A stretch of 64,000 bases of DNA from Saprolegnia diclina VS20 (Eukaryota). The notes below the pieces were generated by a model. It searched no databases, had not been told where the DNA came from, and was given only the letters and a program-made list of their open reading frames with translations. The translations under genes and the position numbers were made by a program. Position 1 is the first letter of the stretch; each line of letters begins with the position of its first letter. Shown piece after piece: positions 1-13,328 of this stretch. The DNA is taken from the NCBI RefSeq assembly GCF_000281045.1, contig NW_008246083.1, positions 227,219-291,218 of the forward strand, given 5' to 3'.

Positions 1-1493
1 CAAGCTGGCCGCGATGGTTGACGGCAGCTGCAAGGCGAACGAGTGCGCATCGTGGAGAGCCGAGACGCAGAGCTGCGTTGTCGATTCGCAGACTTTGCAA
101 ACCTGCTTCGTGTCTTGAAGGGGCCGAGTCAGACCCCAGGCGGTCATTGCAAACACGGTGGACAGCACGTCGAGTTGAAGTAGGCTCGTTCGTTGCGTCG
201 AGCACGGGTCGTCGAACGAAAACTGCGGCTGCACAAAGGCCGACCCAGCGCCATAGACGCACATGGGACTCCCCCCAAAGTACGTTGCATTCAGCTGTCT
301 CCACGAATATGGGACGGCGTCCAACGGTACAGACGCAAGCCGATGGTACGTGGCCTGGAGCGAGGCATCGGCTACGAGCGCCGTGCCCAGTAAAAACGCT
401 GCCGTGAACGCTTGCATTGAGCCGGGCGGTGCGACGTAAAAGCTGTCGATCGATACGAATGGTCCGAGGGCGTCGTGCACGATGATGCTCGCGGGTGTGA
501 ACGGGTAGACGCCCGCCATGTCTTCCATGGACACCGACGGACCGAGCGAGTTGTTGGCCATAAAGTTGCTGGCGCTGCGAACGAGACTGCCATTCGTCAT
601 GGCCGAGATCCAGAGATCGTCGAAAAGGTACCAATACAAGATCCCTGTTGTCCAGAGGGCACCTACAGCACACACGTTGGTGCCACGTAATCAAAGAGCT
701 AGAATGTCATACCTCGCCCCATGTGCGTCATACTGGCGATCGAGAGCTGTTGCGCTCCACCAAACGCGTCGACCACCGAGAGCGTCTCGTGGATGCCAAT
801 GGTTAGCGTGTTGCCCCACTGCAACGTAAAGTGCGTCAACCCATGCGACAACCAAAAGCCGACTTCGTCCTCGACCGAGACGAATGCATCTTGGACGCTC
901 GCTAGCCAGTCGACGCCACCGGGTGACGCCACCACGGCGTTGCCGACGGAAAACATGAATGCCGTCTCGAACCGCTCCAAGAAGTGGGCCCACTCGACGA
1001 TGCGAAGATGCGGCTCGAGGATCACGGCCGCGTTATTGGCATACTGCGCTGCGCACCGGGCTTGACGAGCGGCCGTGTGTCCGAGCTCCCAGCGCTTTTG
1101 TACGTCGACCCAGCAATACTGCGTGAAGAGGCTAAACGTGAGCTCGACGGACAGCGATCGAATCGCCTCGACCGCAGTTCGTACCGACGTTTGCTCGCTC
1201 AAGAGAATCGCCCGTGGGTACGACGGCTGAACGTCGAGCATCGTCGATGGTTTGTCGTAGTCCTTGAGCAGCGCGTTGGACGCATCAAACGCGTCGATGG
1301 AGCCATTCGATGCCGTCCAAAGATGCACACGGTAGAGATCCAAGAGGTACGTATGAGCGCCGTGGAGGCCAAACGACGGCCAGTAGAGGTCGTTGACCAT
1401 GTGCGGCGATAACAAGCGAGTGTAGTAGACACTGCAGGCCATCGAGAGCGCCACGTAGGCAAGGCCGAGCAACGTCTTGCGTCGTGGCTTCAT
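1..1493 (-). CDS. Large membrane protein of unknown function (oomycete-type family); 3' end runs off the window
   Basis: ORF 699-1583, probable start MKPRRKTLLGLAYVALSMACSVYY with an N-terminal hydrophobic segment. Contains YCWVD..WELGHTAARQARC. GT-AG intron 663-712 joins an open frame (GALWTTGILYW...YFGGSPMCVYG...FSFDDPC) that reaches position 1. Confidence 0.7.
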
Positions 1494-2410
1494 GGACCGG
1501 CTGGTTGCTTGTCGTGTTTTCAAATGGCAAGTGGGCAACGTGCCATTTTTGTGCTGGCGTCGTTTCGGGACGAAACTTCTCAAGGGCGCGACCTTTTGTG
1601 GACCACCAATATAAGCCCAGGTCCCCCAAGCCCAACGCGACTACGAGTACAGACTCTATACTAGCGCTGCTAGACCATTCCTTTTGCCCATCGATGACAA
1701 AAAAGCCCGCATGTTCTTGGGACTGCACGTTTGCATGCAGTATGTCAGCGTGTTTCCCTTCCCAACTGCAATGTGGACGACGGAGTGGACGACGGCGGCT
1801 TCCGGTACGAGTAACCGCCAAGCGCCAGACCATGGACAACCTGGAACTTCATCCACTGTGTTAAGCGATCCAGCGATCGACGACTCTGTGGTCAAAGCAT
1901 TGCATTCTGTACTAGACTCGACTGAGTGGGTAGAGCGCTCGACACCTTGGGCAACGATGCGTCCTCGGCCCACTCGTAGCTTCGGTGAAGCGGCAAATAC
2001 GGCCTCCTCGTTCCTTTTGTACGTTGATGCTTGAGAGCAGGTAGACATTGAAATGACTGCACGTGTTCTCCACAGTCGCGGCGAGTACAGCAAGGGTAAA
2101 TAAGAGATACCCTTGACTCCAGCGACGTCATCGTCGGCTCGAGCAAGAAATGGGTGCAGCTTCCTCGGACGTCTCTGTGCAAGAAGCTAGCGTCGTCAAG
2201 ACAAACGCAGCGCTTCGACCACCAGCATGTCCCCAGCTGCGCTCGACGCATTCCGTCGTATCATGCAGTCAGCGTCGTGCAAGCCCACGCGATGGGCAGC
2301 TGATATCACTGTGGTTGAACGCTGGCATCGCTGATTGGCTCCCGCGGTCGCAAGGCGCCTTGAAGCTGCTCTGATTGTAGCTTTTTGGCCAATCAGCGGC
2401 GACGTTCGAA

Positions 2411-5400
2411 ATGGCTGCGCCAGATCGCAACATTTTCGAAGTTGCGCCCACGATGCCACTGCTCCGCGTCAAGGTCGTCTCGGGGAAGAAGCTCCTCGCG
2501 GTCGACAAGAAGTTCATCGGCGCCGCGTCGAGCGACCCATGTACGCATGAGGACGAGGAGGAACATGACGCTCATGCGCTTGGTAGACGTCCGCTTGACG
2601 TGTGGTGCCGAGACGTGCAAGACCAAGATCCAGTCCGGGACCGTCAACCCAACGTGGCACGAGGAGTTCCGGTTCGGCGAAGCGGTCTGCCTCGCCGAGG
2701 ATGCGTGCATCTCGTTCCGCGTCAAAGACTACAACACGCTCACGCCCAGCGTCGACCTCGGCGGCGCCGAAGTCCATGTCCCGTCGCTCACGCCCAACGA
2801 ATGGGTACCCATCGCCGATGGTATCCCAGCCTATACACATCTTCTTCGTAGAACAAACTGGTGCTGCCTCTCGAGAAGCACGCGTCAATGAAGGGGGACG
2901 CGTCGGGCGAGATCGCGGTCGAGATCTTCTACGACCCGACGCAAGGTGCGGACGGTGCGCCGCCGTCCGACGTCCAAAACATTTGGTCAGAGACGTCGAC
3001 GCGCGAGCTCCCGATTCCGCCATCGTCGAGTAACGGGGACGACGAGGAGGCTTCGCCGCCCACGAGCGCGTCCGCAGCGCCCGCGCCCTGGACGTACAAC
3101 TTTCTTGCTGTGAGTGTCTTGGAAGGCGCAGGCCTCAAGGCGTGCGATGGCGACGCGCAGGCGGGCACGAGCGACCCGTTCGCGCTTCTTCGCATCGGCA
3201 CGGCCAAGCCGTTCAAGACCAAGGTCATGAAGAAGACGCTCGTGCCGAAATGGCGCGAAAAGTTCTACTTCCCGCTCGACCCCAAGACCAAGTACGCCAA
3301 CACGGTCCTGTCGCTGCGCGTCGAAGACGAGGACGTGCTCTCGAACGACTTTATGGGGCTCCTCGCCATCGACGTGCGCGAGTGGGTCCAAAAGCACGGC
3401 AGCGCCAAGAAGGACATGTGGTTTGGCCTCGGGCCCGACACCAAGAACCCAGTGCGCGCGAGCCTCGACGAGGAAGACCCGCTCGACTACGGCTTTGGCA
3501 AGGTCCACCTCGCGATCGAGGCGTGCACGCTCGAGTGCGACTACGCGACGCTCGTGCAGGGCGAGGCCGACACGGACGTCTATGCGTCGGCCGAAGACGA
3601 CGAAGAGAGCGGCGCGAACAACGAAGAGGACGCCAAGCTCGCCGAGCGCGAGTCGACCGAGGAGAAGGCCAAGCGCGACGAAGAAGAAAAGAAGATGCTC
3701 GAAGAGCTCCAGAAAATCCAGTTCAAGTCGGGCGACTACCAGATCCAGGTACTGTGACCACATATCTCGTGTGGACGCGTACCAGATTGTGGTGGACCGT
3801 AGGTGCGCATCATTGAAGTGCGCGACTTGGTGCCGCAGGATGCCAACGGGTCGGCGGACCCAGTGGTGTTTGTCGAGTGCATGGGCCAGGAGCAGCACAC
3901 GGCCGTCAAGCCCAACCAGCTCTCGTGCGTCTTTGACACGCTTCTCTTTTTCAACCTCAAGAACGTCGACAAGGACGACATTGAGAGCGCGTCGATCGAA
4001 GTGACCGTCAAGGACGCCGACGGGCCGTTCTCGTCCGACAAGATTGGGTTCTTCCGCATCGACATTCCGTACATTTACTACATGAAGAACCACGAGATGT
4101 ACCGTCAATGGGTCGCACTCGTCAAGAGCGCGGGCGACAGCGAGCAGGGCGTGCAGGGCTACCTCTTGTACGTCGTCGCTTCGGCACTTGATACCTTCTT
4201 GATACTCATGATATCACTGTTGTGACTAGGCTCTCGATTGCTGTGCTTGGCCCTGGCGACACCATCCCGATCCACGACCCCAAGGTACGTCATACGAGCT
4301 TGCGGCAACCTACATCGTTCGTGTGCATATAGGAGATCAAGGACGACTCGGAGATGGTGATCATGCCGCCGCGAGTGTCGCAGACATTGCACTTCCTCGT
4401 GGTGACGGTCCACCGCGCCGAGGGACTTCCCAACATGGACAAGGGTACGTATCACATAGGGACGACTCAGCGATGTCATGTGGCACAGGCATCATGTCGG
4501 GCGGCGGTATCGACGCGTACGTCCGCGTGGCGTTCGCTGGTGAAAAGCCCGTCGAGACGCGCAAGGTGTCGACGCGCGGCTCGGACGTCGACTTCCAGCA
4601 GGTACACAAAGGCTTGGGATCGAGCCTCGCTCAGTCTTTCGCAGGAGCTGTGGTTTCCCGTGCTCTTGCCGTGCATGTCGAACCGCATCGCGATTAGCGT
4701 CTGGGACTGGGACCGTGTCGCCGATGAGCTCGTCGCGCATGCCTCGCCGTTCAACTTTAACCAGATCAAGGACCACCCGACGTACGCAATGCAAGGTGTA
4801 TCCTGTGCATGACGCCAGTATGCATAGGCTCTTCCAGAACCTTTGGACCAACTTGTATGGGACGCCGGAAGACTCGACGTTTCTCAAGTTCAACTCGACG
4901 GCCAAAGCGTTTATGGGCAAGCACCCGGAGACCGCGTCGACCTTCCGCGGCCGCCTCTTGCTCTCGTTTCGCGTCGAGTCGGACGTCAAGAACACGCTCG
5001 ACGTGCCGCATACGCGCAACCTCCTCACCAAGATGCCGCAGCCGCCTACCAAGACGTACTGTCTCCGCGCGCTGCTTCTCTCGGGGTCGGAGATCCCGGG
5101 CTTTACGAGCAAGGTGCACTGGGGCTCCTTCTCCAAGATGAGCGTGCGCATTGCGATCGGCAGCACAACACTGTGGTACAACCGCGTCGCCAACGTCAAG
5201 GGCATGTGCAGCTGGAACCAGTTCATGCAGGCGCCGAGCCTCGCGCTCCCGTCCGACTTGCGCCAGTGCCCCGATGTGTTTGTGTACCTTGTGGCGGGCG
5301 CCACCGGTGCGGACGCGCGCAACGTTTGCTACGCGCGCTTCAAGGCCGCCGAGCTGCTGCTCCCGAGCGACGAGACGGTGCCCAAAGCCAAGTGGATCAG

Positions 5401-8400
5401 CCTCAGCGAAGACGACGTCCTCAACGAGCTTCAGGACTACCAACACCCGGGCAACCTTCTTCTGCGCCTTGGCCTCGCCGAAACGACGTCCAAGGACGTG
5501 CCCGAGTCGTGGAAGGAGGTAGTGTCGGCCAAGATGCCGTCGGCGTCGTACACGCTTCTCGTGCACCTCTTCCAAGGCCGCGGGCTCCCGTCCGCCGACT
5601 CGAACGGCCTCCTCGACCCGTACGTCGCTGTCACGTGCAGCGGCGTCGGCAACAAGAGCTCGCGCAAGAACCGGACGCGCGACCCGATGTACTACGAGAC
5701 CATGGTGTTTGACGTCAACGTGCCCGTGGTATGTCACCGTGACGCTTCCAGCACGTGTCTCATCATGACCGAGTAGGACCGCGACCACCAGCCGCGCATT
5801 GCCTTGCAGGTGTACGACTGGGACCGTTGGGACGCCGATGACTTTGTCGGCGGTGTTTCGATTCCGCTCCAAGGTGCGTTGCCACCTCGGCGATGTTTAG
5901 TCGAATAATGGTTGGTGGTAGATGTGCGCGTCATGGAGGCCAGCGACTACGAGGCCGGCTACACCGTGCCCGTGCCCGAGTGGTACCCACTGGGGCTCCA
6001 GACACCTGGTGACGTCGAGGGCGCGCTCCTTCTCTCGTGCATGCTCATCGTCAAGGACATGCCCGACCAAGTGATCGCGCCGCCCGCGTCGATTCGCCCC
6101 AAGATGCAGGAGAAATTTCTCGAGATCATTTGCGTCGGCATGCGCCAGCTCACGCCCGCGGGCTTCACGCCACTGCACATGCCGTACCTGCAGTTTGAGA
6201 TTGGCGAGGTCACGTCGACGAACCGACCCAAGCTCACGGCGCCGAGTGCCAAGCCGTCGCCGCACGACCCCAACTACCTCGAGCGTATTGTGATTCCGAT
6301 TTCGGTGCCGGAAGACGCGCGGTACGCGCCGCGCTTGAACCTCAGCGTCTACGACACGCTCCTCGGTGGTTTTGTCAAGCCGCTTCTCGGCACGGCGTCC
6401 ATCGATCTCGCGACCAAGCTCCCGTTCTCGAACGGCCGGCCCAACGAAGCGTACGTGGCGCCCGGTGCGTCGACGCACCATGTGGTCGGCAACCCGCACG
6501 TCGACGGCGAGATCGTGCCTCGGACGCCGGAAGGAAGCTCGTCCGGTGCGGGTGTCGGTGCCATCATGCCTACGATGGACGAAATGGATGAAGACGACGA
6601 AGACACGCCGCCGTACCTCAAGCACCGCGAGCTCATGGCCGACACGATCGAGGCGACGCTCGAGACGACGCCGTTCGAAGTCTACAACGTCTACCGCGGC
6701 CAAACGTTTGGCGTCGGCAAGAGCACGTACCGGGCTGTCGGCAAGTTCAAGGGGCTCATCCGCATCCTCAACAGCCGGTCGGACGCGCCGCTCTTTGACC
6801 TGGAAATGCTGCTCAACCCGCAGCCGTACGTGGTGCGCATCTACGTCCTCGACGCGTTCGCGCTCCAGCCCAAGGACCCGAACGGCAAGTCGGACCCGTA
6901 CTTGCGGCTCAAGGTCGGCTCGAAGGAGATTGTGAGCGACCGGTCGCACCACCACACTGCGACGCTCGAACCCAAGTTCCACTCGGTGTACGAGTTCAAG
7001 GTCAACCTCCCGGGGGCCTCGACGCTCTCGCTCGAGTGCTGGGACTACGACCTCTTTTCGGTCGGCGGCGACGATTTCATTGGCGCCACGTGCATCGACC
7101 TCGAGGACCGGTGGTTTGACGACCGGTGGCAGACGCTCGGCAACACGGCCGAGGGGACGTTCAAGCCGATCGAGACGCGTCAGCTCTACGCGCCCTCGAG
7201 TGTCTGCGCGCAGGGCTCGGTGCGGCTCTGGATGGACATTCTGACGCCGGCGCAAGCGACCTTGTCGCCGCCCGTCGACATCAAGCTGCCGCCTATTGAG
7301 CATTTTGAGGTGCGCGTCGTCATCTACAAGACCAAGGACGTGACGCCGGGCGACGAATTCTCGGGCTTGAGCGACCTCTTCATCAAGGCGTGGCTGCAGT
7401 CGTACGACAACAAGGCGCAGAAGACCGACATTCATTGGCGCGCCAAAGACGGCAAGGCGAGCTTCAACTGGCGCATGAAGTTTGACATTGCACTTCCGAT
7501 CGACGCGAGCAACGAGCTCGAGAAGGGCCACTTGCATCTCCAGATGTGGGACAAGGACGTCCTGTACGACGACTGCCTCTCGGACACGATCATCAACCTC
7601 TCGGAGCACCTCAAGAAGGCGTACAAGACCAAGGAGATTGTCAACGTGTACGCCAAGCCCAAGCCGATCAAGTCCAACCCGCGGCCGACCAAGAGCCCGA
7701 CCAACGTCCGCGTCGCGAGCCCCACGGCCACGGTCGCGACCGGTGCGCTATTTCGTTCCTTCCTCGTCCTTGCTCATCCTTGGACGTGTGTAGATCTCGA
7801 CGACCTCGAACGGGGCGAGAGCGAGGCGCTCTTGCCGCCGCCGCCGCTCTCCAAGTCCGACTCGAAGCGCGGGAAGAAGAACGACAAGAAGGAAGGCGTC
7901 GAGATGATGGTCAAGGCGCTCAAGACGCGCATGGGCATGGGCGAAGACCCGGACGACGCCAGCTGGCTCACGTGCACGACGCGGGACCCGCACACGGGCG
8001 ACCGCGTCGAGGCCGGCAAGATCCTTCTCGCGATCGAGATCATTCCCAAGCATGTGGCCGACCTCCGCGCCGCCGGCCTCGGGCGCAGCGAGCCCAACAG
8101 CTTCCCGACGCTCGCCGAGCCCGCCGACCGCTTGCATCTCAAGTACGTCGTCGCTACTTTGTGTCATCCATGACGAATGTGGCTAGCGCGCTCTTCAACC
8201 CGCTGCACTTGCTCGAGTCGCTCATGGGCCCCAAGGCGTACGCGGCCTGCTCGAGCTTTGTCATTTGCGCGCTCGTGATTGCGTTCCTCGTCTTTGCCGG
8301 CCCCATGATCAACGTCCTCTTGGTATGTACGCGTGCTGCATCGGAGGTCTCATCGAGCTGCTGCCTGTAGACGCTGCTCAACATGCTCCCGTCGCCGTAC

Positions 8401-8493
8401 GGCTGGGTCGTCTTTGGCCTCGTCATGTTCCTCATCCTCTTTGGCTTTGGCTACTGCTCGTACCGCTGCCGGCGCACGATGCGCACGTCGTAG
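2411..8493 (+). CDS. Ferlin-like multi-C2-domain membrane protein (no DysF domain seen), about a dozen short introns
   Basis: Repeated C2 signatures: SDPYVRL (after splicing), GTSDPFALL, GSADPVV, GLLDPYV, GKSDPYLRL, GLSDLFIK. Ferlin C-terminal motifs TDIHWRAKDGKASFNWR, IDLEDRWF and AGLGRSEPN. Hydrophobic C-terminus; stop TAG at 8491-8493. Confidence 0.9.
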
Positions 8494-8711
8494 GCTACGT
8501 GTATTTTGAATGGACCGAATGCTTTTGGACATGCATGCGATGTGGCATGGCCGACGCGGCCAGTCGTTCGACTGCTGCATGCGTCATCCTCACCTACAAT
8601 GGACAAGCATCCGCGCGCAGACGGTTGCAGTACAGAAGCGGAGGATGAGCATCGAACGCAGCGACACGCCATCGCCACGCCATCTCCACTGTCCTCTCCA
8701 CCACCTCTCTC

Positions 8712-8785
8712 CACCGTCATTTTCACTGTCGTCTCCACCGTCATCATCACCGTCATCTTCACCGTCATCTTCACCGTCTTCTCCA
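8712..8785. repeat. Imperfect 12-nt tandem repeat (CACCGTCATCTT-like, about 6 copies)
   Basis: Read directly: caccgtcatttt/cactgtcgtctc/caccgtcatcat/caccgtcatctt/caccgtcatctt/caccgtcttctc. Confidence 0.8.
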
Positions 8786-8955
8786 TCGGGCAGGAAGGAA
8801 GCTACTGCTGTTGCTCGTCTTGAACGTGGGTGGCTGAATAAAAGAACATTTCGGAACGGATAAAAGACACGGCGTGGGTTATCCGGAAAGATATGTATCC
8901 GGACAAGGCAAGCGGCCACTCGAAATGTTTCATAATCTTTTTTGCCCCTCGGACC

Positions 8956-9701
8956 ATGGTGGTAGGCGACGTGATGGCGGCGCATGGGCGCTGACGCTTG
9001 ACGTAGAGACAAGAGCCCATCTACCTCGACGACAACGCTTCGTACCCCAAGGAACACTTCCTCGTGCCGGCCCACTACCTCGTACGCATGCGAGCAAGGA
9101 GCGCGAGGTTGATGGCGTCTATGTGTAGCCGTACGTGGACAGCGTCTTGATCCCGCAAGGCTTGATCAACGACCGCATCGAGAAGCTTGCGCAGGACATC
9201 CGCCATGCGTACCAGGGCCAGACGATTCACCTGCTCTGCGTGCTCAAGGGCGGCGCCGCCTTCTTCCACGCGCTCATCGAGAAGCTGCGCCTGTTCCACA
9301 AGTACAACACGTGCGACTACGTCCCGTTCACGTTTGACTTCATCAAAGTCAAGTCATACGACGGCCTCCAGTCGACGGGCAACGTCCAAGTGAGCGGCGC
9401 CGACATTGCTAAGTTCAAGGGCAAGCACTTGTTGCTGGTCGAAGACATCATTGACACGGGCAAGACCATGGCCAAGCTCGTGCCGTACCTCTCGGCGTCC
9501 GAGCCGGCCTCGATCAAGGTCTCGAGCCTCTTGGAGAAGCGCAACCCTGAGTCGTGCGGCTTCCTCGCCGACTTTGTGGGCTTTTCGATCCCGGACAAGT
9601 TTGTCATTGGCTGCTGCCTCGACTACAACGAGATCTTCCGGGACTTGGACCACATCTGCGTCATCAACAACGCGGGTATCGCCAAGTGGGCGTCGTCGTA
9701 G
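8956..9701 (+). CDS. HPRT: Hypoxanthine-guanine phosphoribosyltransferase
   Basis: Motifs LCVLKGG, PRPP-binding LLVEDIIDTGKT, FVGFSIPDKFVIGCCLDYNE. Spliced start: ATGGTG, intron 8962-9006, RQEPIYLDD...AHYL, intron, PYVDSVLIP. Confidence 0.95.
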
Positions 9702-9792
9702 ATGTAGCTAGACGATCAGATCAACACGCAGATGTATGTTCCTTTCTTTGGTTACGTAGTACGAATAGCGGCTCTAGACATGTAGCATACCT

Positions 9793-10101
9793 CTACTTGG
9801 GGAGCTGCTCAAACTGGGCCGGCGTGTACGTCTTAAGCGTCAGGCCGTGCATGCCACCGATCTCTTCCTTGAGCACTTCGTTCACGAGGCGGTGCTGCGC
9901 GACGCGGTTCTTGCCCTCGAACGTCGGCGACGCGACCTCGATCTTGTACATGGAGCCACAGCCGCCCGAGATGTCGTCGACCTTGACGTGCGTCGCGCTC
10001 AGCGCCTGGCGCAAGGACGTCGCCATCTTCTCTTCCGCCGTCGTGCTAAGACCACGCACCGACGCTGGCCGGAGCACCCGCTGCAATGCACGCATCATCA
10101 T
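9793..10101 (-). CDS. BolA-family protein (BolA3-like), probable mitochondrial presequence
   Basis: [51 protein letters not shown]. Arg-rich, acid-free N-terminus [19 protein letters not shown]. Confidence 0.92.
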   Translation of the reverse strand: MMMRALQRVLRPASVRGLSTTAEEKMATSLRQALSATHVKVDDISGGCGSMYKIEVASPTFEGKNRVAQHRLVNEVLKEEIGGMHGLTLKTYTPAQFEQLPK

Positions 10102-12596
10102 CTTCTTGCTTCGTCGTCGACCGTTCAATCCGAAATGATTTGCCGCCGATTCGGAGAAGTTCTTTGCGCCCGTTAAGTACGCTTGTGGTCGATAGTGAAT
10201 CCAAGATGCGTACAAAGAGCGACTTGGACGATGCAAAGTGCGATTGCCCCAAGCCTCAACCACGCCTGTCAAGCGCCGCTACTCGATAACGACGCTGCGC
10301 CAGGGCTCCCTCAGCGGCGCATTGGCTTTACCGAGCCGCCAAAGTACCTCCTTGAAATGCTGCCTGAGGACCACCACGTCACGGTAGCTACTGCCACCGA
10401 GTACAGTCCCGCCCGACTACATCACGCGCTCTCCCAACTTTATATGGACGGAATAGAGCGGAAAGCCTTCGCAATTCCTACTCGGCTGGGCTATAAGTTC
10501 TGAGCGACAAACTACGCGTCTAGTGTGTCTGAGGTGCGCTCGAGACGCGCAGCCACCTTTTGCGTCGCAGCGACGTTGTCAACGCGATCGGGGCCGTCTT
10601 CCTACGCTCGTCGAGCGACTTGAGCGGACGCTAACCATGCTATCTTTGCATCATTGGCGGCACGTAAACGGTATCAACAAAGCGCTGTTTGCGATCGCGC
10701 CACCACACCAGCGCTCCCGTAAGTTCCAGAGTCCCCAGCATCGCTGGCAGCTCGAGACATTCTGGCACGAGGCCAAGCAGCCTCTTGGACGTCGACTTTC
10801 ACCGAGAGGCACCCTTTGGGCCGCGCTCAAAACCAAGCGCGCCTTTAACACTACCAGCTTCGCAACAGCAAGCTTCACCGCTGCCGCAACATGCCTCAAG
10901 TCGAAAGGCTGCCATCCAAAACAGTTCAGCAATCGAATCGATGCACTTCAACGACTGCAAGCTCAACGACAACGCGGCGAGTGACAAACTGCATGTGAGA
11001 AACCGCCGAGCTAAAGGGGAGACTCATGGGAGGCTCTTTACACAGCCACCATCGTCATCGAGAGATCAGGGAATTAGGACTCTGGCATGGCGCCACGTGA
11101 AGCAGCTCGTCAATCTATTGGGTAAAAATCGAAAAATCCAACCAAAAATGCGATTGCCCAGATTCGAACGGATTGGTATGTAGAGCGGAAGGATGACGAG
11201 CTTGGACACGCGCCACCCGATATGACGTCCCTCCTTGAAGGTCCTCGTCCACTTCCTATGATAATACCAGATAGACGCACCAACTTCAACAACAACGATG
11301 CGAAGGGCGACCTGGATCCCTCCAGAGAGCTCCTCCAGACGGTGTTGCTTTCGACACGATTGGTTGCTGTAGACAGGCGGCTCTCGAGAGGCGACTTACT
11401 TTGTTGCTGCAGCAGCACGGAGGTCGACAGCCGCAAGCAGGGTTAAAAGGATGCGACAAGCACCTTCAACCGCGTGCAGCGATCGAAGCCGAGGACCAGC
11501 TGGGTTCGAAGCACCGGCGTGTGATGAGCATCGAAACAGCAAGGAGCCAGGACAGCAAGTTGTCCAGTGCACCGACCCGATGGATGATTCACATGGCAGT
11601 GTCCCGCCATGCAGCTTGAGCTTGCAGCTTGGATTCAATGGCGATGAGGAACATGGAGCGTCGCATGGGATCGTCGGACCGAGTAATGACGCGCCTCGGT
11701 GGATTTGTTGAAATGCGGCAAGTGAGGCATTACGCAGTGGGTTATAACAACGCGGCTTTATTGAGCAACAACTATTGCGAACGTGCATCATTCACGCCAC
11801 GCAGCGTTCTGACGACCCCACTGCAGGCGGCTGTCGTTTTACCATTTTTTAACAATTGGCGAGTGCTGGTCGGGTTGGAAAGCGTCGTTTCTCTTGGTGT
11901 TTGTATGCATACAACCGCGCCAGATGGCTTCGAATACCCATGTTTGGTTGTTGCTATTTATTTGCCGTCGAATGGATTTGCGATTGGATTTCTGGCCTAT
12001 AGCCCGAGCTATCCAGCCGAGCGATCCGACAAGCTATCCAGCGAAACGATACTCTACTCTTTGCGCGACTGCCTGCAAAATGCAAAAACGAGCTTGGAGG
12101 CCGTCGGCACTGCAACCGCAATTGCTTGAACCTGCTATGCAAAGGGAAAGGCCATCATCTCCCACGCACGTCCATGTCAGCAGCGTACTGTGTAGTGACC
12201 AAGGGTAATTCACGCCGGACAAGAGCATCCACAGCAGCATCGTATGAGCTCATCGCTCATCGATTTCATACAGGCGAGACAACAACAGACTACGTAGCAG
12301 CAGGAGCGGCGACCGAGAACAACAACACATCGAGCGTCCATCGACGCGCGTCAGCACTGGATCTTCTGGTCACAACAAGCTGTTGAAACATTTTAGCGCC
12401 CACTGTGCACAACCTTCGCAACAGCTGCCAGTGCGAAGCATACAAATGCCAAGTCATGAGGGTGGGACAGTTGGGTATACGAACCCCAAGTGTCTTTTGT
12501 TGGCCGGCGGGAATTCGCCTCGTCAAATGGCAGCTGGCGGATCGCTGCAAGATGCGCAAGAGGCTCACAATTCAACTTTCGCGCTTCTTGCCACTC

Positions 12597-13328
12597 ATGA
12601 GCCAAGCGACTTCGACGACGACGGCCACCACCGAGTGCTTCTTCAATGGCTGCACCAACAGCGTCATGCACGGGTCATGGAAGTGCGAGTTCCACAAGAA
12701 CCGCGCCAAGTGCACGGGCTCGTCCACGTGCCACAACCAGGTCTTTGCCCGCAACCTCTGCGTGCGCCACGGCGGCAAGAAGCCCTGCATCCACTCGGGC
12801 TGCACGGGCAACGCGCGCATTGGCAACTACTGCTCGCGCCACGGCGCGTCGACCTCCAAGAAGATGTGCACCGAAGAGGGCTGCACCAAGGTCGCCCACG
12901 CCCGCCAAAAGTGCGTGCGCCACGGCGGCGGCCGGCGCTGCCGCATTGAGGCCTGCGAAGCGCACGCGCGCAACGGCGGCTTTTGCTTCCGCCACAGCCG
13001 CCTCCAGGCCGCGGGCTTTTCGCTCAAGGAGCGCATCGATATGACGCCGCCGACGACACCGCCGCCGACGACCAAAGCCGCGCAAACCTTTATGAGCCTC
13101 ATGCCCGTCATCAAGGACGAAGCGACGCCCGTGATGCCGAGCTACGAGTGGAAGCCCATGATGGACGTGACCGAGTCGGACGAGATGCTCATGGAAATCT
13201 TCCTCGGCAAGCCGACACCGATGCACACGTTCGAGCTGCACGACGACGTCTTCAGCCACGAAGCCTTCTTCGACCCCATGATGTCGCTCGTCGACATTGA
13301 CGGCATCCCCGTCGGCACGTGGATCTAA
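12597..13328 (+). CDS. Cys/His-repeat (CxxxGC...CxxHG) putative zinc-binding nuclear protein, of the type often labelled WRKY19-like
   Basis: Five tandem units such as CIHSGCTGNARIGNYCSRHG and CTEEGCTKVAHARQKCVRHGG, followed by an acidic/Met-rich C-terminus. Single exon; coding-like codon use begins at ATG 12597. Confidence 0.8.
   Translation: MSQATSTTTATTECFFNGCTNSVMHGSWKCEFHKNRAKCTGSSTCHNQVFARNLCVRHGGKKPCIHSGCTGNARIGNYCSRHGASTSKKMCTEEGCTKVAHARQKCVRHGGGRRCRIEACEAHARNGGFCFRHSRLQAAGFSLKERIDMTPPTTPPPTTKAAQTFMSLMPVIKDEATPVMPSYEWKPMMDVTESDEMLMEIFLGKPTPMHTFELHDDVFSHEAFFDPMMSLVDIDGIPVGTWI

Noticed and set aside
8590..9075. Acidic minus-strand ORF (DGEDDGEDD) over the 12-nt repeat
   Set aside because: Overlaps the HPRT 5' end and is explained by the simple repeat.
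10200..12560. Several 60-170 aa ORFs in a long intergenic region
   Set aside because: No coding-like codon bias or recognisable motifs; no RNA gene structure seen.
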